Source: an uncultured Acidobacteriota bacterium (GTDB taxonomy: Bacteria > Acidobacteriota > Thermoanaerobaculia > UBA5066 > DATFVB01). Taken from it: 64,000 nt of DNA. Below, one piece after another: positions 41,668-51,664 of the stretch. How positions within the stretch are numbered: position 1 is the first letter of the stretch; every line of letters begins with the position of its first letter. The notes below the pieces were generated by a model. The model saw nothing but the letters and a program-made list of their open reading frames with translations. It was not told the origin of the DNA and did not search any database. The stretch covers positions 352,001 to 416,000 of the forward strand of contig CAWEYG010000002.1 in assembly GCA_963813155.1 (NCBI GenBank), given 5' to 3'. Both the position numbers and the translations under genes were made by a program.

Positions 41668-42443
41668 ACCTCGATTCTCCCGTCGAAGCCGCCGCGACGA
41701 AGAGACCCCGGTGGCCCGCCCGGCTCGGCGTCGCGGCCTCGCTCCTCCTCGCGGCAGCCGCGGCGTTCGTTCTCACGCTTCCGGACGTCTCGCGCCTTCG
41801 CGCCGCGAGCCCGAAAACGACCGCGTTCATCGAGCAGCGCCGCGCGAAACTGCGCAAGGACGGCCGAAGCGACCGGATCGAGCGGATCGTCGTGCCGCTC
41901 GCCGCGATCTCTCCCTGGATGCGGCGAGCCGCGATCCTCACCGAAGACGAGAACTTCTACCTTCACAACGGGGTCGATTGGGCCGCCACGAAGCTCGCGC
42001 TCGAGACCGACATCGGCCAGGGGAGAATCCGCATCGGCGGCTCGACGATCACCCAGCAGCTCGCCAAGAACATCTACCTGTCTCCATCCCGAAGCCCCTG
42101 GCGCAAGCTCCGGGAGATGGCGATCGCCGCCAAGATGGAGACGGTCCTGCCGAAGAGCCGCATCCTGGAGCTCTATCTGAACTCGATCGAATGGGGAGAA
42201 CGGACTTACGGGGTCGAAGCGGCGTCGAGACGGTACTTCGGGCACTCCGCTTCCGCCCTGTCGCCCCGCGAGTCGGCGACCCTCGCGGCGATGATCGCCT
42301 CCCCCCGCCTCTTCGACCCGCGGACGCACCCCCGGAGGCTCGAGCGAAGAACGGCAAGGATTTTGCTTCTGCTGAAGCGGGTTCAGATCCCCGGCGCTCC
42401 ATTTCAGATTTTTCCGCAGGACGGCGGCGAAGGTGCGATATAA
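41664..42443 (+). CDS. mtgA: Monofunctional peptidoglycan transglycosylase
   Basis: EDENFYLHNGVD, GGSTITQQLAKN, RKLRE, KSRILELYLN.IEWG. Confidence 0.88.
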   Translation: MNLDSPVEAAATKRPRWPARLGVAASLLLAAAAAFVLTLPDVSRLRAASPKTTAFIEQRRAKLRKDGRSDRIERIVVPLAAISPWMRRAAILTEDENFYLHNGVDWAATKLALETDIGQGRIRIGGSTITQQLAKNIYLSPSRSPWRKLREMAIAAKMETVLPKSRILELYLNSIEWGERTYGVEAASRRYFGHSASALSPRESATLAAMIASPRLFDPRTHPRRLERRTARILLLLKRVQIPGAPFQIFPQDGGEGAI

Positions 42444-42471
42444 GTTCCAGTCAGTTCAACGGAGGACTTGC

Positions 42472-44292
42472 ATGCGACGACGATCGGCCCCATGGCTTTT
42501 CCCAACTCTCGCCCTGGCGGCGGTTCTCGGCGCCGCACCCGCCTTCGCCCAGTTTTTCGGCAACCTGGCGGTCACCGACCCGTCAGGTAACCCCCTTGCG
42601 GACAACATTTTCAACACGCGAGACCAGGTTTTCTTCACCGCCGGACCGGCCGACGCGCGCTGCTCGATCGGGGCGCTTTCGGACGGCGTGTACGCGTTTC
42701 AGGTGACCGACGCCGCGGGAACGACGCTGCTTTCTTCGGACGGCGTCGCGAATCGCATGTTCATCGTCTCCGGCGGCGTGATCACGGACAACGCTCCGGG
42801 GGGCACGCACGTCGCATCGGCTCCCGTCACGGCCTGCGGGGCCCATCTCGTGGCCGTTTCGCCGTACAACCTGGCGCCAAAACAGACCGGCGTCTACAAG
42901 CTGTGGGTACAGCCGGCTTCTTTCTGCGGCGCCAGCGGCTGCGACTTCCTTCCGCAGAACAGCGACACCGTCAATTTCGTCGTGCGAGAGAAGGCCCGCT
43001 GCCTGGAGACGCACTGCATCTCTGGCCTCGTGTTCTCCGACACGAATGACGACGGCGTGCAGCAGTCCGGCGAGCCGGGCCTTCCGGGCGTCCTCGTCGT
43101 CGCGCGGGATTCCCGGGGCATCGCGAACACGGCCGTGACCGGTCCCGACGGGTCGTTCACGATCTGCGGTTTGACGGAGACGGGCTACACGATTTCCGAG
43201 CTCGTTCCGACCGGCTACCAGCAGACGGCGCCCGCAGGCGACCGCCAGATTTCCCGCTACCTTCGCGTCGCGAACTTCGCGTACGTGCTCACGATCTGCA
43301 ATACGAGCACGTCAGGGCTGGTTTTCGGAAACTTCCCCCTGCCCGGATCCATCTCGGGAATGAAATTCAACGACGCGAACGGCAACGGGCTGCTCGATCC
43401 GGGCGAGGCCGGCGTCGGCGGCGTGACGATCAATCTCTTCACGGGCAACGCTGCGACGGGATCGCCTCTGGCCACCGCCGTCACCGACGGCTCCGGGAGT
43501 TTCTCGTTTCCGAACCTGGTCGCGGGAGTCTATTCGCTGACGGAAATCCTTCCGAGCGGCTACCGCCAGACCTCGCCCTCCATCCTGGGCGGCGGGTTCA
43601 ATGTCGTGTCCGTGGCGCCGGGACAGAATGTCCAGGGCATCCTCTTCGGAAACCAGCTGATCCCGCAGTTCGGCGCGATCTCGGGAATGAAATTCAACGA
43701 CCTGAACGGCAACGGCGTGCTCGATCCGGGAGAGCCCGGCCTGGGCGGCGTGACGATCCTCCTGGCCCCGCCTGTTGGAGACCCGAACGCGACGACGACC
43801 GACTCTTCGGGAAACTTCTCGTTCCAGAATCTCGCGCCGGGCAGCTACACGCTTTCCGAAGTCGTTCCGAACGGGTACCAGCAGACTCTTCCTCCGCCGC
43901 CGGGGACGATGACGGTCACGGTGACCGCGGGAAATACGGTCTCCAACGTCCTCTTCGGAAACCAGCTGATTCCAGTCACGGTACCGAAGGGCTCGATCTC
44001 GGGCTTCGTCTACTACGATTTCAACAAGAACAAGGTCCAGGACCCGAACGAGAACGGACTGCCGGACGTCACGATGAACCTGTTCGACCTGTCCAACCAC
44101 CTCGTCGCGACGACGACGACCGACGCGAACGGCCTTTTCACCTTCTCGAACGTCCCCGCGGGCGATTACACGGTCTCCGCCGTTCCGCCGGAGAAGTTCT
44201 TTCAGACGGTTCCGCTCAACAACGCCCCGATCAGTGTTCACGTGGACCCCGGCCAGCAGGTGACGGGGCTCGTGTTTGCTTTGACGTGCTGA
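42472..44292 (+). CDS. Secreted protein with four SdrD B-like (Cna-B) repeats
   Basis: Repeated ISG..F/Y.D.N.NG..DPGE.G..GVTI.L...TD..G.F.F.NL..G.Y.L.E; signal peptide. Confidence 0.87.
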   Translation: MRRRSAPWLFPTLALAAVLGAAPAFAQFFGNLAVTDPSGNPLADNIFNTRDQVFFTAGPADARCSIGALSDGVYAFQVTDAAGTTLLSSDGVANRMFIVSGGVITDNAPGGTHVASAPVTACGAHLVAVSPYNLAPKQTGVYKLWVQPASFCGASGCDFLPQNSDTVNFVVREKARCLETHCISGLVFSDTNDDGVQQSGEPGLPGVLVVARDSRGIANTAVTGPDGSFTICGLTETGYTISELVPTGYQQTAPAGDRQISRYLRVANFAYVLTICNTSTSGLVFGNFPLPGSISGMKFNDANGNGLLDPGEAGVGGVTINLFTGNAATGSPLATAVTDGSGSFSFPNLVAGVYSLTEILPSGYRQTSPSILGGGFNVVSVAPGQNVQGILFGNQLIPQFGAISGMKFNDLNGNGVLDPGEPGLGGVTILLAPPVGDPNATTTDSSGNFSFQNLAPGSYTLSEVVPNGYQQTLPPPPGTMTVTVTAGNTVSNVLFGNQLIPVTVPKGSISGFVYYDFNKNKVQDPNENGLPDVTMNLFDLSNHLVATTTTDANGLFTFSNVPAGDYTVSAVPPEKFFQTVPLNNAPISVHVDPGQQVTGLVFALTC

Positions 44293-44308
44293 CGCACGGA
44301 GGAAGAGG

Positions 44309-45343
44309 ATGAAACATCAGAAAGCGGTACGACTCCTGGGAATCTTCGCGGCCGCCGCGCTCGCGGCCGGCGCCTCTGTCGCGCGAGCGCAGGACAGGTC
44401 GGATGTCAGCGATCGGACGGCGACGAACGTTCTGAAGGGCGACACGTATGTCGGAGCGCAGATCGGCGTCGATTTTCTCGGCGACACGAACTACAAGTGC
44501 CGCTGTGACTCCCGGCAGAGCGACTTTCTCCTGTACGGAGGCCGGTTCGGACACTTCTTCACCGACCACGTCGCGGGCGAGATCACTCTGAACTGGATCG
44601 ATTTGCATCCCGGCTTCTACGACGCGTCGCTCGGCGTCATGTACGACTTCACGCCCACGCAGGTAGGCTGGAACACGTACGTCGGCGTCGGCGGAGGGAC
44701 GGAGCGGCAGCACATCAGCGGAATTGGCGAAGGCTTCGCGTACATCGGGGTCGGCTCCGAGTACCGGTTCAACCACGCCGTCGGAGCGCGATTCGAGCTT
44801 CGCGGCGAGCACGTGTTCGGCGAGCCGTTCTTCGGCGGCAGCTCCCACACGGACGTCCAGCCCAATGTCGGCGTCGTGCTCCACTTCGGGGCGCCCGCAC
44901 CCCCGCCGCCGCCCGCGGCGCCCGCGCCGGAGATGCCGAAGCCGGCTCCTCCGCCGCCCGCGCCGGCGCCGCCGGAGGCCGCGCCCGTTCCGCCGCCGCC
45001 CGTCGTCGAGGCGCCTCCGCCTCCGCGGATGTCGACCGACGAGATTCCCTTCGATCACGGCAAGTCGCGGCTCACGAACATCGCGAAGGCCGTGCTGGAC
45101 CGGGTCGCCGCCCGGCTGAAGGACGACCTCCACGCAACGGTGACGATTACGGGCTACCCGGACGTTTCCACGCCGGAGCGGGACAGGGAACGTCTCGCGA
45201 CGCAGCGCGCCGAAAACGCGAAGGAATACCTCGTCACGCGGCACGGCATCGACGCCGGGCGGATCTCGGTCCGGACGGACGCGGCGTCCTCCGGCAGCGA
45301 GACGAAGGCGGTCGTGACCGTGACGTTCAGCCGGAGCTCGTAG
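44309..45343 (+). CDS. OmpA family outer membrane protein
   Basis: Signal peptide, beta-barrel-like N-domain, Pro-rich linker, FDHGKS...ITGYPD...LATQRAENAKEYL. Confidence 0.87.
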   Translation: MKHQKAVRLLGIFAAAALAAGASVARAQDRSDVSDRTATNVLKGDTYVGAQIGVDFLGDTNYKCRCDSRQSDFLLYGGRFGHFFTDHVAGEITLNWIDLHPGFYDASLGVMYDFTPTQVGWNTYVGVGGGTERQHISGIGEGFAYIGVGSEYRFNHAVGARFELRGEHVFGEPFFGGSSHTDVQPNVGVVLHFGAPAPPPPPAAPAPEMPKPAPPPPAPAPPEAAPVPPPPVVEAPPPPRMSTDEIPFDHGKSRLTNIAKAVLDRVAARLKDDLHATVTITGYPDVSTPERDRERLATQRAENAKEYLVTRHGIDAGRISVRTDAASSGSETKAVVTVTFSRSS

Positions 45344-45374
45344 CGCCGGCGATCACCTGCTCGATTTTCTTCCC

Positions 45375-45402
45375 AGCCCCCTCTCCGGAGGGGGCTTTTT
45401 TT
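45375..45402 (+). terminator. Rho-independent terminator
   Basis: AGCCCCCTC-TCCG-GAGGGGGCT-T6. Confidence 0.85.
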
Positions 45403-45404
45403 GC

Positions 45405-45809
45405 TTAGTAAACCCCGCCGCTCAGGAAAATCAACGCGATCCAGAACCCGCGCACGAACCGAAACAGCACGAGCGGCACGAGCACCGAGCCCGCTCCCCA
45501 GATCAGGAGCTCCCGCTTCAGCCCGATGTCGGGAAGAAAGATCACCGGCACGAGGAGCAGCACGAGCGAAATCGTCAGGTTGATGTCCATCGAGCCGAGC
45601 CAGAGCCCCGCCTCCCGGTCGAACCGAACCCCGCAGCGCGAACACTCCGAGTACATGGCAACGTACGTTCGGAAGAGCTTTCCGCCGCCGCAAACGGGGC
45701 AGCGCAGGCGGATCCCCCTCCACACCGCGATTCGGGCTCCCGCCGTCGTCACGGGAGATCGTGCGGTTCTCGTGCGAAGCAGCGGCGCGACCGCTTTCAC
45801 GGCATCCAT
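45405..45809 (-). CDS. DUF983 family protein
   Basis: RCPVCGGGKLF...CSRCG...REAG followed by two TM helices. Confidence 0.8.
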   Translation of the reverse strand: MDAVKAVAPLLRTRTARSPVTTAGARIAVWRGIRLRCPVCGGGKLFRTYVAMYSECSRCGVRFDREAGLWLGSMDINLTISLVLLLVPVIFLPDIGLKRELLIWGAGSVLVPLVLFRFVRGFWIALIFLSGGVY

Positions 45810-45847
45810 TAGACCACCATCGAGCTAAGATCCGGCCGGGAGGAGTC

Positions 45848-47608
45848 ATGATTCGAGCCGTCGTCCTGGGAATTCTCGTCCTTTGCGCCTCGGGCGCGGC
45901 GGCGCAGAGCGCGGCCACCGAAGACGCCCGGCTGCGGTCGTTTTTCGACCGGGAATGGCAGTGGGGCCTGGAGCAGTTTCCGGAGGGAGCGACGTCGCTC
46001 GGCGACAACCGCTACAGCGACCGCCTGACCGACCTCTCCCCCGCCGCTCTCGAAGCCCGAAAGCGGCACACGACGGCGGCGCTCGCCGAGCTCCAGGGCT
46101 TCCACCGCGATCGCCTGTCGCCCGTGAACCGGATCAACCTCGACCTCTATCGGTACGACCTCGAGATCGCGCGCGACGGCGACGCCTTTCCGGCCGAGCG
46201 AATGCCGATCGGCCCGCGGTCCGGCGTCCAGATGGACCTTCCGAGCTTGCCGCCGCAGACGCCGTTTCACGGCGAGCGCGACTACGAAATGTATCTCGCG
46301 CGCCTCTCCGCGATTCCCCGGCAAATCGACCAGGTGATCGCGCTGATGAAGGAAGGCGTCCGAACGGGCTGGGTCCCCGCCGCGATCTCCCTCTCGAAGG
46401 TCCCGGACCAGCTCGCGGCCGAATCGAAGGGAGATCCCGAGAACAGCGAGTTCTTCGAACCGTTCACCCGCTTCCCGGATGCCGTCTCCGCGCCGGAGCG
46501 GGACCGCCTCCGCAAGGCCGGACGAGACGCGATCGCTGCCGTCGTGCAGCCCGCATACGCAAAGCTCGACGCCTACTTCCGCAACGATTACCTCCCCGCC
46601 TGCAGCAAACAAGTCGGAGCCTCCGCGCTCCCGAACGGCGCGGCCTACTACCGGTGGTGCGTGCGACAGCACACGACGACCGATCTCACGCCCGAGGCGA
46701 TCCATGAGATCGGATTGAAGGAAGTGTCCCGGATCCATGCCGAGATGGAGAGCGTCCTCAAAGAGACGGGCTTCCGCGGAAGCTTCGGCGAGTTTCTGGC
46801 CTTTCTCCGAAGCGATCCGAAGTTCTATTACACGGATGCGGCCTCGCTCGTGAGCGGTTACCGCGACATCGCGAAACGGATCGACGGGGAGCTGCCGAGG
46901 CTCTTCGGAAAGCTGCCGCGGAATTCCTACGGCGTAAAGGTGATTCCCGAGCCGGCTCAGCCGGCGCAAACGACCGCGTACTACCAGCAGGGCGCGCCCG
47001 ACGGCTCGCGCGCGGGAAACATGATGATCAACACTTACAAGCTCGAGACGCGCCCGAAATACGAGATGGAGGCGCTGACTCTGCACGAGGCGGTGCCGGG
47101 CCATCACCTCCAGATCTCGCTCGGCCAGGAGCTCGCGGATCTGCCCGACTTCCGGAGAAACGCCTACTACACCGCGTTCGGCGAGGGGTGGGGGCTCTAC
47201 GCGGAGAGCCTCGGCAGCTCACTCGGCCTCTACAAGGATCCGTACTCGCGGTTCGGGCAGCTCACTTACCAGATGTGGCGCGCGTGCCGACTCGTCGTCG
47301 ACACGGGGATGCACGCGATGCTCTGGGACCGTCAAAGAGCCGTTGACTACATGGCCGCAAACACGGCAAAGACGCTGAACGACATCAACGTCGAGGTGGA
47401 TCGCTACATCTCCTGGCCCGGCCAGGCTCTCGCCTACAAAATCGGCGAGCTGAAGATCACGGACCTTCGCGCGCGGGCGGAAAAGGCCCTCGGCCCGAAG
47501 TTCGACGTCCGCAAGTTCCACGACGTCGTGCTCGGCGAGGGGTCGCTGCCGCTCGGCATCCTGGAGAAAAACGTCGACGCGTGGATCGCGGAGCAGGGAA
47601 AGCGGTGA
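45848..47608 (+). CDS. DUF885 family secreted protein (putative metallopeptidase)
   Basis: HEAVPGHHLQ, EGWGLYAE, RLVVDTGMH, EVDRY...PGQALAYKIG. Confidence 0.92.
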   Translation: MIRAVVLGILVLCASGAAAQSAATEDARLRSFFDREWQWGLEQFPEGATSLGDNRYSDRLTDLSPAALEARKRHTTAALAELQGFHRDRLSPVNRINLDLYRYDLEIARDGDAFPAERMPIGPRSGVQMDLPSLPPQTPFHGERDYEMYLARLSAIPRQIDQVIALMKEGVRTGWVPAAISLSKVPDQLAAESKGDPENSEFFEPFTRFPDAVSAPERDRLRKAGRDAIAAVVQPAYAKLDAYFRNDYLPACSKQVGASALPNGAAYYRWCVRQHTTTDLTPEAIHEIGLKEVSRIHAEMESVLKETGFRGSFGEFLAFLRSDPKFYYTDAASLVSGYRDIAKRIDGELPRLFGKLPRNSYGVKVIPEPAQPAQTTAYYQQGAPDGSRAGNMMINTYKLETRPKYEMEALTLHEAVPGHHLQISLGQELADLPDFRRNAYYTAFGEGWGLYAESLGSSLGLYKDPYSRFGQLTYQMWRACRLVVDTGMHAMLWDRQRAVDYMAANTAKTLNDINVEVDRYISWPGQALAYKIGELKITDLRARAEKALGPKFDVRKFHDVVLGEGSLPLGILEKNVDAWIAEQGKR

Positions 47609-47633
47609 ACGAGAACCCGATCTGACCCGGACC

Positions 47634-48203
47634 TCACGGGGAGCTGTGGCCCTCGCACTGCAGCACCCCGAGGTACACGCTCCACGGGCCGACGGCTTCC
47701 CGGTCCTGGTGTGCCAGGACCCTCGAGACCTGATGGAGATGGGTGAGGTCGTGCACGGCCCACGTCGCGAGCAGCTGCGAGAGGGTCACGACCCCGAGCG
47801 ACGGGTGCCGCCCCCGGCGGGCGAGGTCCTCGGGCTTCAGATTCAGCGCGCGCAGCTCGCCGAGGTTCTCCGACCGCAGGGTCGCAAAAAGGTCCAGGAG
47901 CTGAGGGAGAGCCTTTCCCCGGGTTTCCTGCACGAGTCCCTGCCGGTCGAACGGCTCGAACGCGCGGGTCTCGCCGAATTGCAGCACGATCTTCACCCGC
48001 GGAATCCAGTCCGCGCGCTCGCCGTGAATCAGGTGGCCGACGACGTCGAACGCGCTCCAGGTGCTCTCCCCCTCGTTGCGGGACGTCCAGATTTCCGGGA
48101 GGCCGCGCAGGAGCGCGTCGAGAACGCCGGGCGTGCGGCCGAGGAGCGCGATCGTCTCTTCGAGGTCCGGCTCCCTCGCGGCCGGCTCGTTGTCCGTTAC
48201 CAC
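47634..48203 (-). CDS. DinB family protein
   Basis: WSAFDVVGHLIHGERADW...ATWAVHDLTHLHQ. Confidence 0.87.
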   Translation of the reverse strand: MVTDNEPAAREPDLEETIALLGRTPGVLDALLRGLPEIWTSRNEGESTWSAFDVVGHLIHGERADWIPRVKIVLQFGETRAFEPFDRQGLVQETRGKALPQLLDLFATLRSENLGELRALNLKPEDLARRGRHPSLGVVTLSQLLATWAVHDLTHLHQVSRVLAHQDREAVGPWSVYLGVLQCEGHSSP

Positions 48204-49616
48204 TCGGGCACCTTCCGCTTCTCCGCGGGGACCCTGCCGAAGGTCCCCGGCATGTCCGCCGCGACGTACGCGACGACGGCCGTCGCCGCGATCGCCTGAG
48301 CCAGGTTCTCGGCGTCGATCTTGTCGAACGTGTCGTCGGCCGAATGGTGGATGTCGAAGTAGCGCGACGCGTCCTGGTTGAGCTCGATCAACGGCACGCC
48401 GAACGCTCGCAGGCGCCCCACGTCCGCCCCGCCGTCCGTTTCGTTCGCCGTTTCGGCGATCCCGAGCGGCTTCAGGAGCTCCGCGATGTCCGCGAGCGCG
48501 CCTTGCCCTTCCGCGCCGGCCAGCCACGAGATTTTGTAGACGCGGTCGGTCCCGAGGTCCATTTCGAGCGCCGCGACGTGTGCGACCCAACTCGTCTTCG
48601 TGCGCTTTCGCGTACGCGAGAGAGCCCCGGCCTCCGTTCTCCTCGTTCGCGTAGAGGACGACGCGAATCGTCCGGGAAGGCCGGCCCGGGAGGGACGCGA
48701 TCAGGCGCGCGGCCTCGATCACGATTCCGACGCCCGCGCCGTCGTCGATCGCGCCCGTGCCGAGGTCCCACGAATCGAGGTGCGCCCCGAGGAGCACGAT
48801 TTCTTCCGGTGACCGGGAGCCCCGGATCTCCCCGACGACGTTCGCGCCCTCGCGGTCGGGAAGCGTCGCGCACCCGAGCGTGAACCGAACGGTGACCGGC
48901 CCCGCGGCCCGCGAGCCGTTCGAGCAGGTCGGCGTCGGGCCCCGAGAGCGCGGCCGCGGGAAGAGTTTTCGACCCGGCTTCCACCTTCATCGCGCCCGTG
49001 TGCGGGAGACGGCCGGAAGAGGTTCCCACCGTCCGGATCAGGACGCCCGCCGCGCCGCCTTTTGCCGCCTCGAACGGTCCCGAGTACCGTATCGGAACGG
49101 TCGCGCCGTATCCCCCTCCGTCGCGGGATCGGGGCATCCGCTGCCGGTAGAACACGATCGCGCCGCGGACGGCGCTCGGTTTCCGCCGCAGGAGCTCCTG
49201 GAGGGCCTCCACGTTCTCGACCATGACGACCGGGGCTTCGAGGCCTCCGCTCGGCGTGGCCGCGCTTCCGCCCGAGGGCCGTCAGCACGAGCTTCTGCCG
49301 CGACGGGAGCCACGACCTCGCCGCTCTCTTCGCCCCGTGTCCAGCGCGGCTCCATCAGCGGTTCGGAATGAACGTTCTCGAAGCCCAGTTTCCGGAGCTC
49401 GGCGAGGGCCCAGCGTTCGGCGGCGCGCGAGCCGTCCGAGCCCGCCAGGCGCGAACCCACGCCGTCCGTCAGCGATTCCACGATCGCCGGGCCCCCGGTC
49501 GCGCGAAGCGCCGACTCCCGAAGCCGCGCGGCTTTTCCGACAACTTCGGGCGGCAAACCGGCCGCGGCTCCGACCGCCAGACCCAGGAACAGAGCAAGGA
49601 AGAGCCTTCGTTTCAC
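48197..49616 (-). CDS. M28 family peptidase (carboxypeptidase Q-like); several frameshifts
   Basis: VGSRLAGS, PHTG, GAHLDSWDLGTGAIDDGAG, ANEENG, YFDIHHSADDTFDKID, across several frames. Confidence 0.87.
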
Positions 49617-49690
49617 GGAACCTCCGCGCGCGAATTCTAGCCGCATTTGTGCCATAGTTCCGCGCAAGAATTCCGGCGAAAGGAGGATTC

Positions 49691-50098
49691 ATGGAGAGAA
49701 CCGGCTCAAGGGGAAAGTTTCTGGGGACGGCGCTCGCATTGCTTTTCTTCGCGGCGGCCACGCCCGCCAGGGCCGCTGGAGTCCTCGACGGCAAGTCGTT
49801 CGTCGCGGAGACCGGCGAACAGGGGAAGAAAGCGGACTCGAAGGACGAGATCGTCTTTCGCGACGGCAAGTTGCGATCGACCGCCTGCGACAGCTACGGC
49901 TTCGGCGACGGCGCCTACACGACGATGGACCACGGCGGAGCCGGCACGATGTTCCACGCCCGGACCGAAAGCGCGAAAGAAGGCGCAATTGAGTGGGGTG
50001 GAATGGTGAAGGGCGACGCGATCGACGGGACGTTCGTCTGGACCAAGCCGGGCCAGAAACCCATCACGTACTGGCTCAAGGGAACTCTCAAGAAGTAG
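49691..50098 (+). CDS. Secreted hypothetical protein
   Basis: RBS AGGAGG, signal peptide, LDGKSF...F.DGK..S.AC..YGF. Confidence 0.75.
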   Translation: MERTGSRGKFLGTALALLFFAAATPARAAGVLDGKSFVAETGEQGKKADSKDEIVFRDGKLRSTACDSYGFGDGAYTTMDHGGAGTMFHARTESAKEGAIEWGGMVKGDAIDGTFVWTKPGQKPITYWLKGTLKK

Positions 50099-50109
50099 AG
50101 GAGGAGGTC

Positions 50110-50826
50110 ATGAAACGAGCTTTTCTTTCCATCCTGGCAGGCGCGGCGTTTCTCGCCCTCGTGGGAGCGGCGGGCACCAAAGAAAACCGCTCGAAGACGT
50201 ACAGCGTCGCGGCCGACACGATCGAGGGCTGCTCCTGCCCGCTGTTCTGCACCTGCTATTTCGGCGCTTCCGCCGACGAGCACATGTGCGAATTCAACAA
50301 CGTCTACAAATTCCGCCCGGGGAGCCACTACGGCAGCGTCGATCTCTCGGGACAGATGGTCTGGCTTTCGGGCGACCTCGGCGGCGAATGGCACAAGAAG
50401 CCCGGACCCGGGATGCCCATGAAGTGGGCCGTCGTCACGTTCGACAAGGCTTCCTCCCCCGAGCAGAGAAAGGCCATCACGAGCATCGTCAGCTCCGTCT
50501 TCAACGTCAAATGGGAAAAGCTCTCGACGCGGGAGGATTCCATCTCCTGGCATGAAGACGCGAAGACCGCGCACGCGAAGATGGCCAGCGGAATGGCGGA
50601 GATCAAGCTGGACAAGGCGCTGGGACCCGACCAGAAGACGCCGACCGTCGTCAAGAACCTCCAGTACTGGTTCTCGAATTCGAACGACGGCTTCGCGCTC
50701 GCCTACTCGACCCATCACTTCGACGGCGACCCGAAATTCTCGGAGGAACACAAGAACGGCTTCACGATCGCCTGGAAGGCGAACGGAAAAGTCGAGGCTC
50801 CCGTCCGCCAGAGCGGAACGCCGTAG
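50110..50826 (+). CDS. DUF1326 family protein
   Basis: EGCSCPLFCTC...C Cys cluster, GSHYGSVDLSG; RBS GGAGG. Confidence 0.75.
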   Translation: MKRAFLSILAGAAFLALVGAAGTKENRSKTYSVAADTIEGCSCPLFCTCYFGASADEHMCEFNNVYKFRPGSHYGSVDLSGQMVWLSGDLGGEWHKKPGPGMPMKWAVVTFDKASSPEQRKAITSIVSSVFNVKWEKLSTREDSISWHEDAKTAHAKMASGMAEIKLDKALGPDQKTPTVVKNLQYWFSNSNDGFALAYSTHHFDGDPKFSEEHKNGFTIAWKANGKVEAPVRQSGTP

Positions 50827-50845
50827 GAACTCCGGAGTCCATTCG

Positions 50846-50876
50846 AGGGGGCGGTTTCCTGCCGCCCCCTTTCTTT
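50846..50876 (+). terminator. Rho-independent terminator
   Basis: AGGGGGCGG-loop-CCGCCCCCT-TTCTTT. Confidence 0.75.
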
Positions 50877-50878
50877 CG

Positions 50879-51664
50879 ATGACCGAAACCGTTCTCGCCC
50901 TGGACAGCGTCTCGATCGACGAAGGTCGCTCGCGTCGCGTCGATCGAGTCTCGTTCTCGATCCCCGCGGGAATCGTCTACGCCCTCCTCGGAAGAACGGA
51001 AATCTCGACGCTCGTCCGATGCGCGCTCGGCCAGCAGAAGCCGTCGGAAGGCCGCGTCCTGCTTTTCGGCGAAGACGCCCGCAGGAATCGACGGAGGCTT
51101 CGGAAGCGGGTGGCCGTCGTCACGGCCGGCATGACGGACTCGTCTCGAATCCCCGAGCTCCGCCGCGCTCTCGAAACTTCGCCCGAGCTGCTCGTCCTGG
51201 AGAATCCGGGGCTCGGGCTCGGCGAGGATGCGCGAAAAGGGCTCTTCGAAGAGCTTCGCGCCGCCTTCGCGCAGCGGCGAATCACCGTTTTCCTCGCGGC
51301 GGCCGAACCGGCGGACATCGAGTCGATCGCGAACCGCGTCGGCATTCTCGCGAAAGGCCGTCTCTCGGTCGACGAGGACCTCCCGGTCCTGCTGCGAAGA
51401 TTCCGCCGGATTTCCTACCGAAACGAAATCACCGAAACGCGAACCGACTACGGCAGCGAGCTGGACGGTTTCGACGCCGTGCGCGTGCGCGCGAGGGGCT
51501 GGGGCGTGGAGGCCGTCGTCTCGAACTTCGACGAGTCTGCGTTCGAAGCATTCCGCCTGCAGGACGGCGTGATGGACGCCGGCGCGACGCCCATGACGCT
51601 CGCGGAGATCTTCGCCGCAGTCGCGGGGGACCCGGCTTCGCCGGATCCGGGATCTCGGACATGA
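50879..51664 (+). CDS. Degenerate ABC ATP-binding protein (pseudo-ATPase)
   Basis: ABC scaffold (VSFSIPAG.VYALLG...KPSEGRVLLFG) but Walker A is GRTEIST, there is no LSGGQ, Walker B is LLVLENP and the H-loop His is absent. Confidence 0.7.
   Translation: MTETVLALDSVSIDEGRSRRVDRVSFSIPAGIVYALLGRTEISTLVRCALGQQKPSEGRVLLFGEDARRNRRRLRKRVAVVTAGMTDSSRIPELRRALETSPELLVLENPGLGLGEDARKGLFEELRAAFAQRRITVFLAAAEPADIESIANRVGILAKGRLSVDEDLPVLLRRFRRISYRNEITETRTDYGSELDGFDAVRVRARGWGVEAVVSNFDESAFEAFRLQDGVMDAGATPMTLAEIFAAVAGDPASPDPGSRT

Noticed and set aside
44890-45030. CCG-rich low-complexity run as a repeat array
   Set aside because: It encodes the Pro/Ala linker of the OmpA protein.
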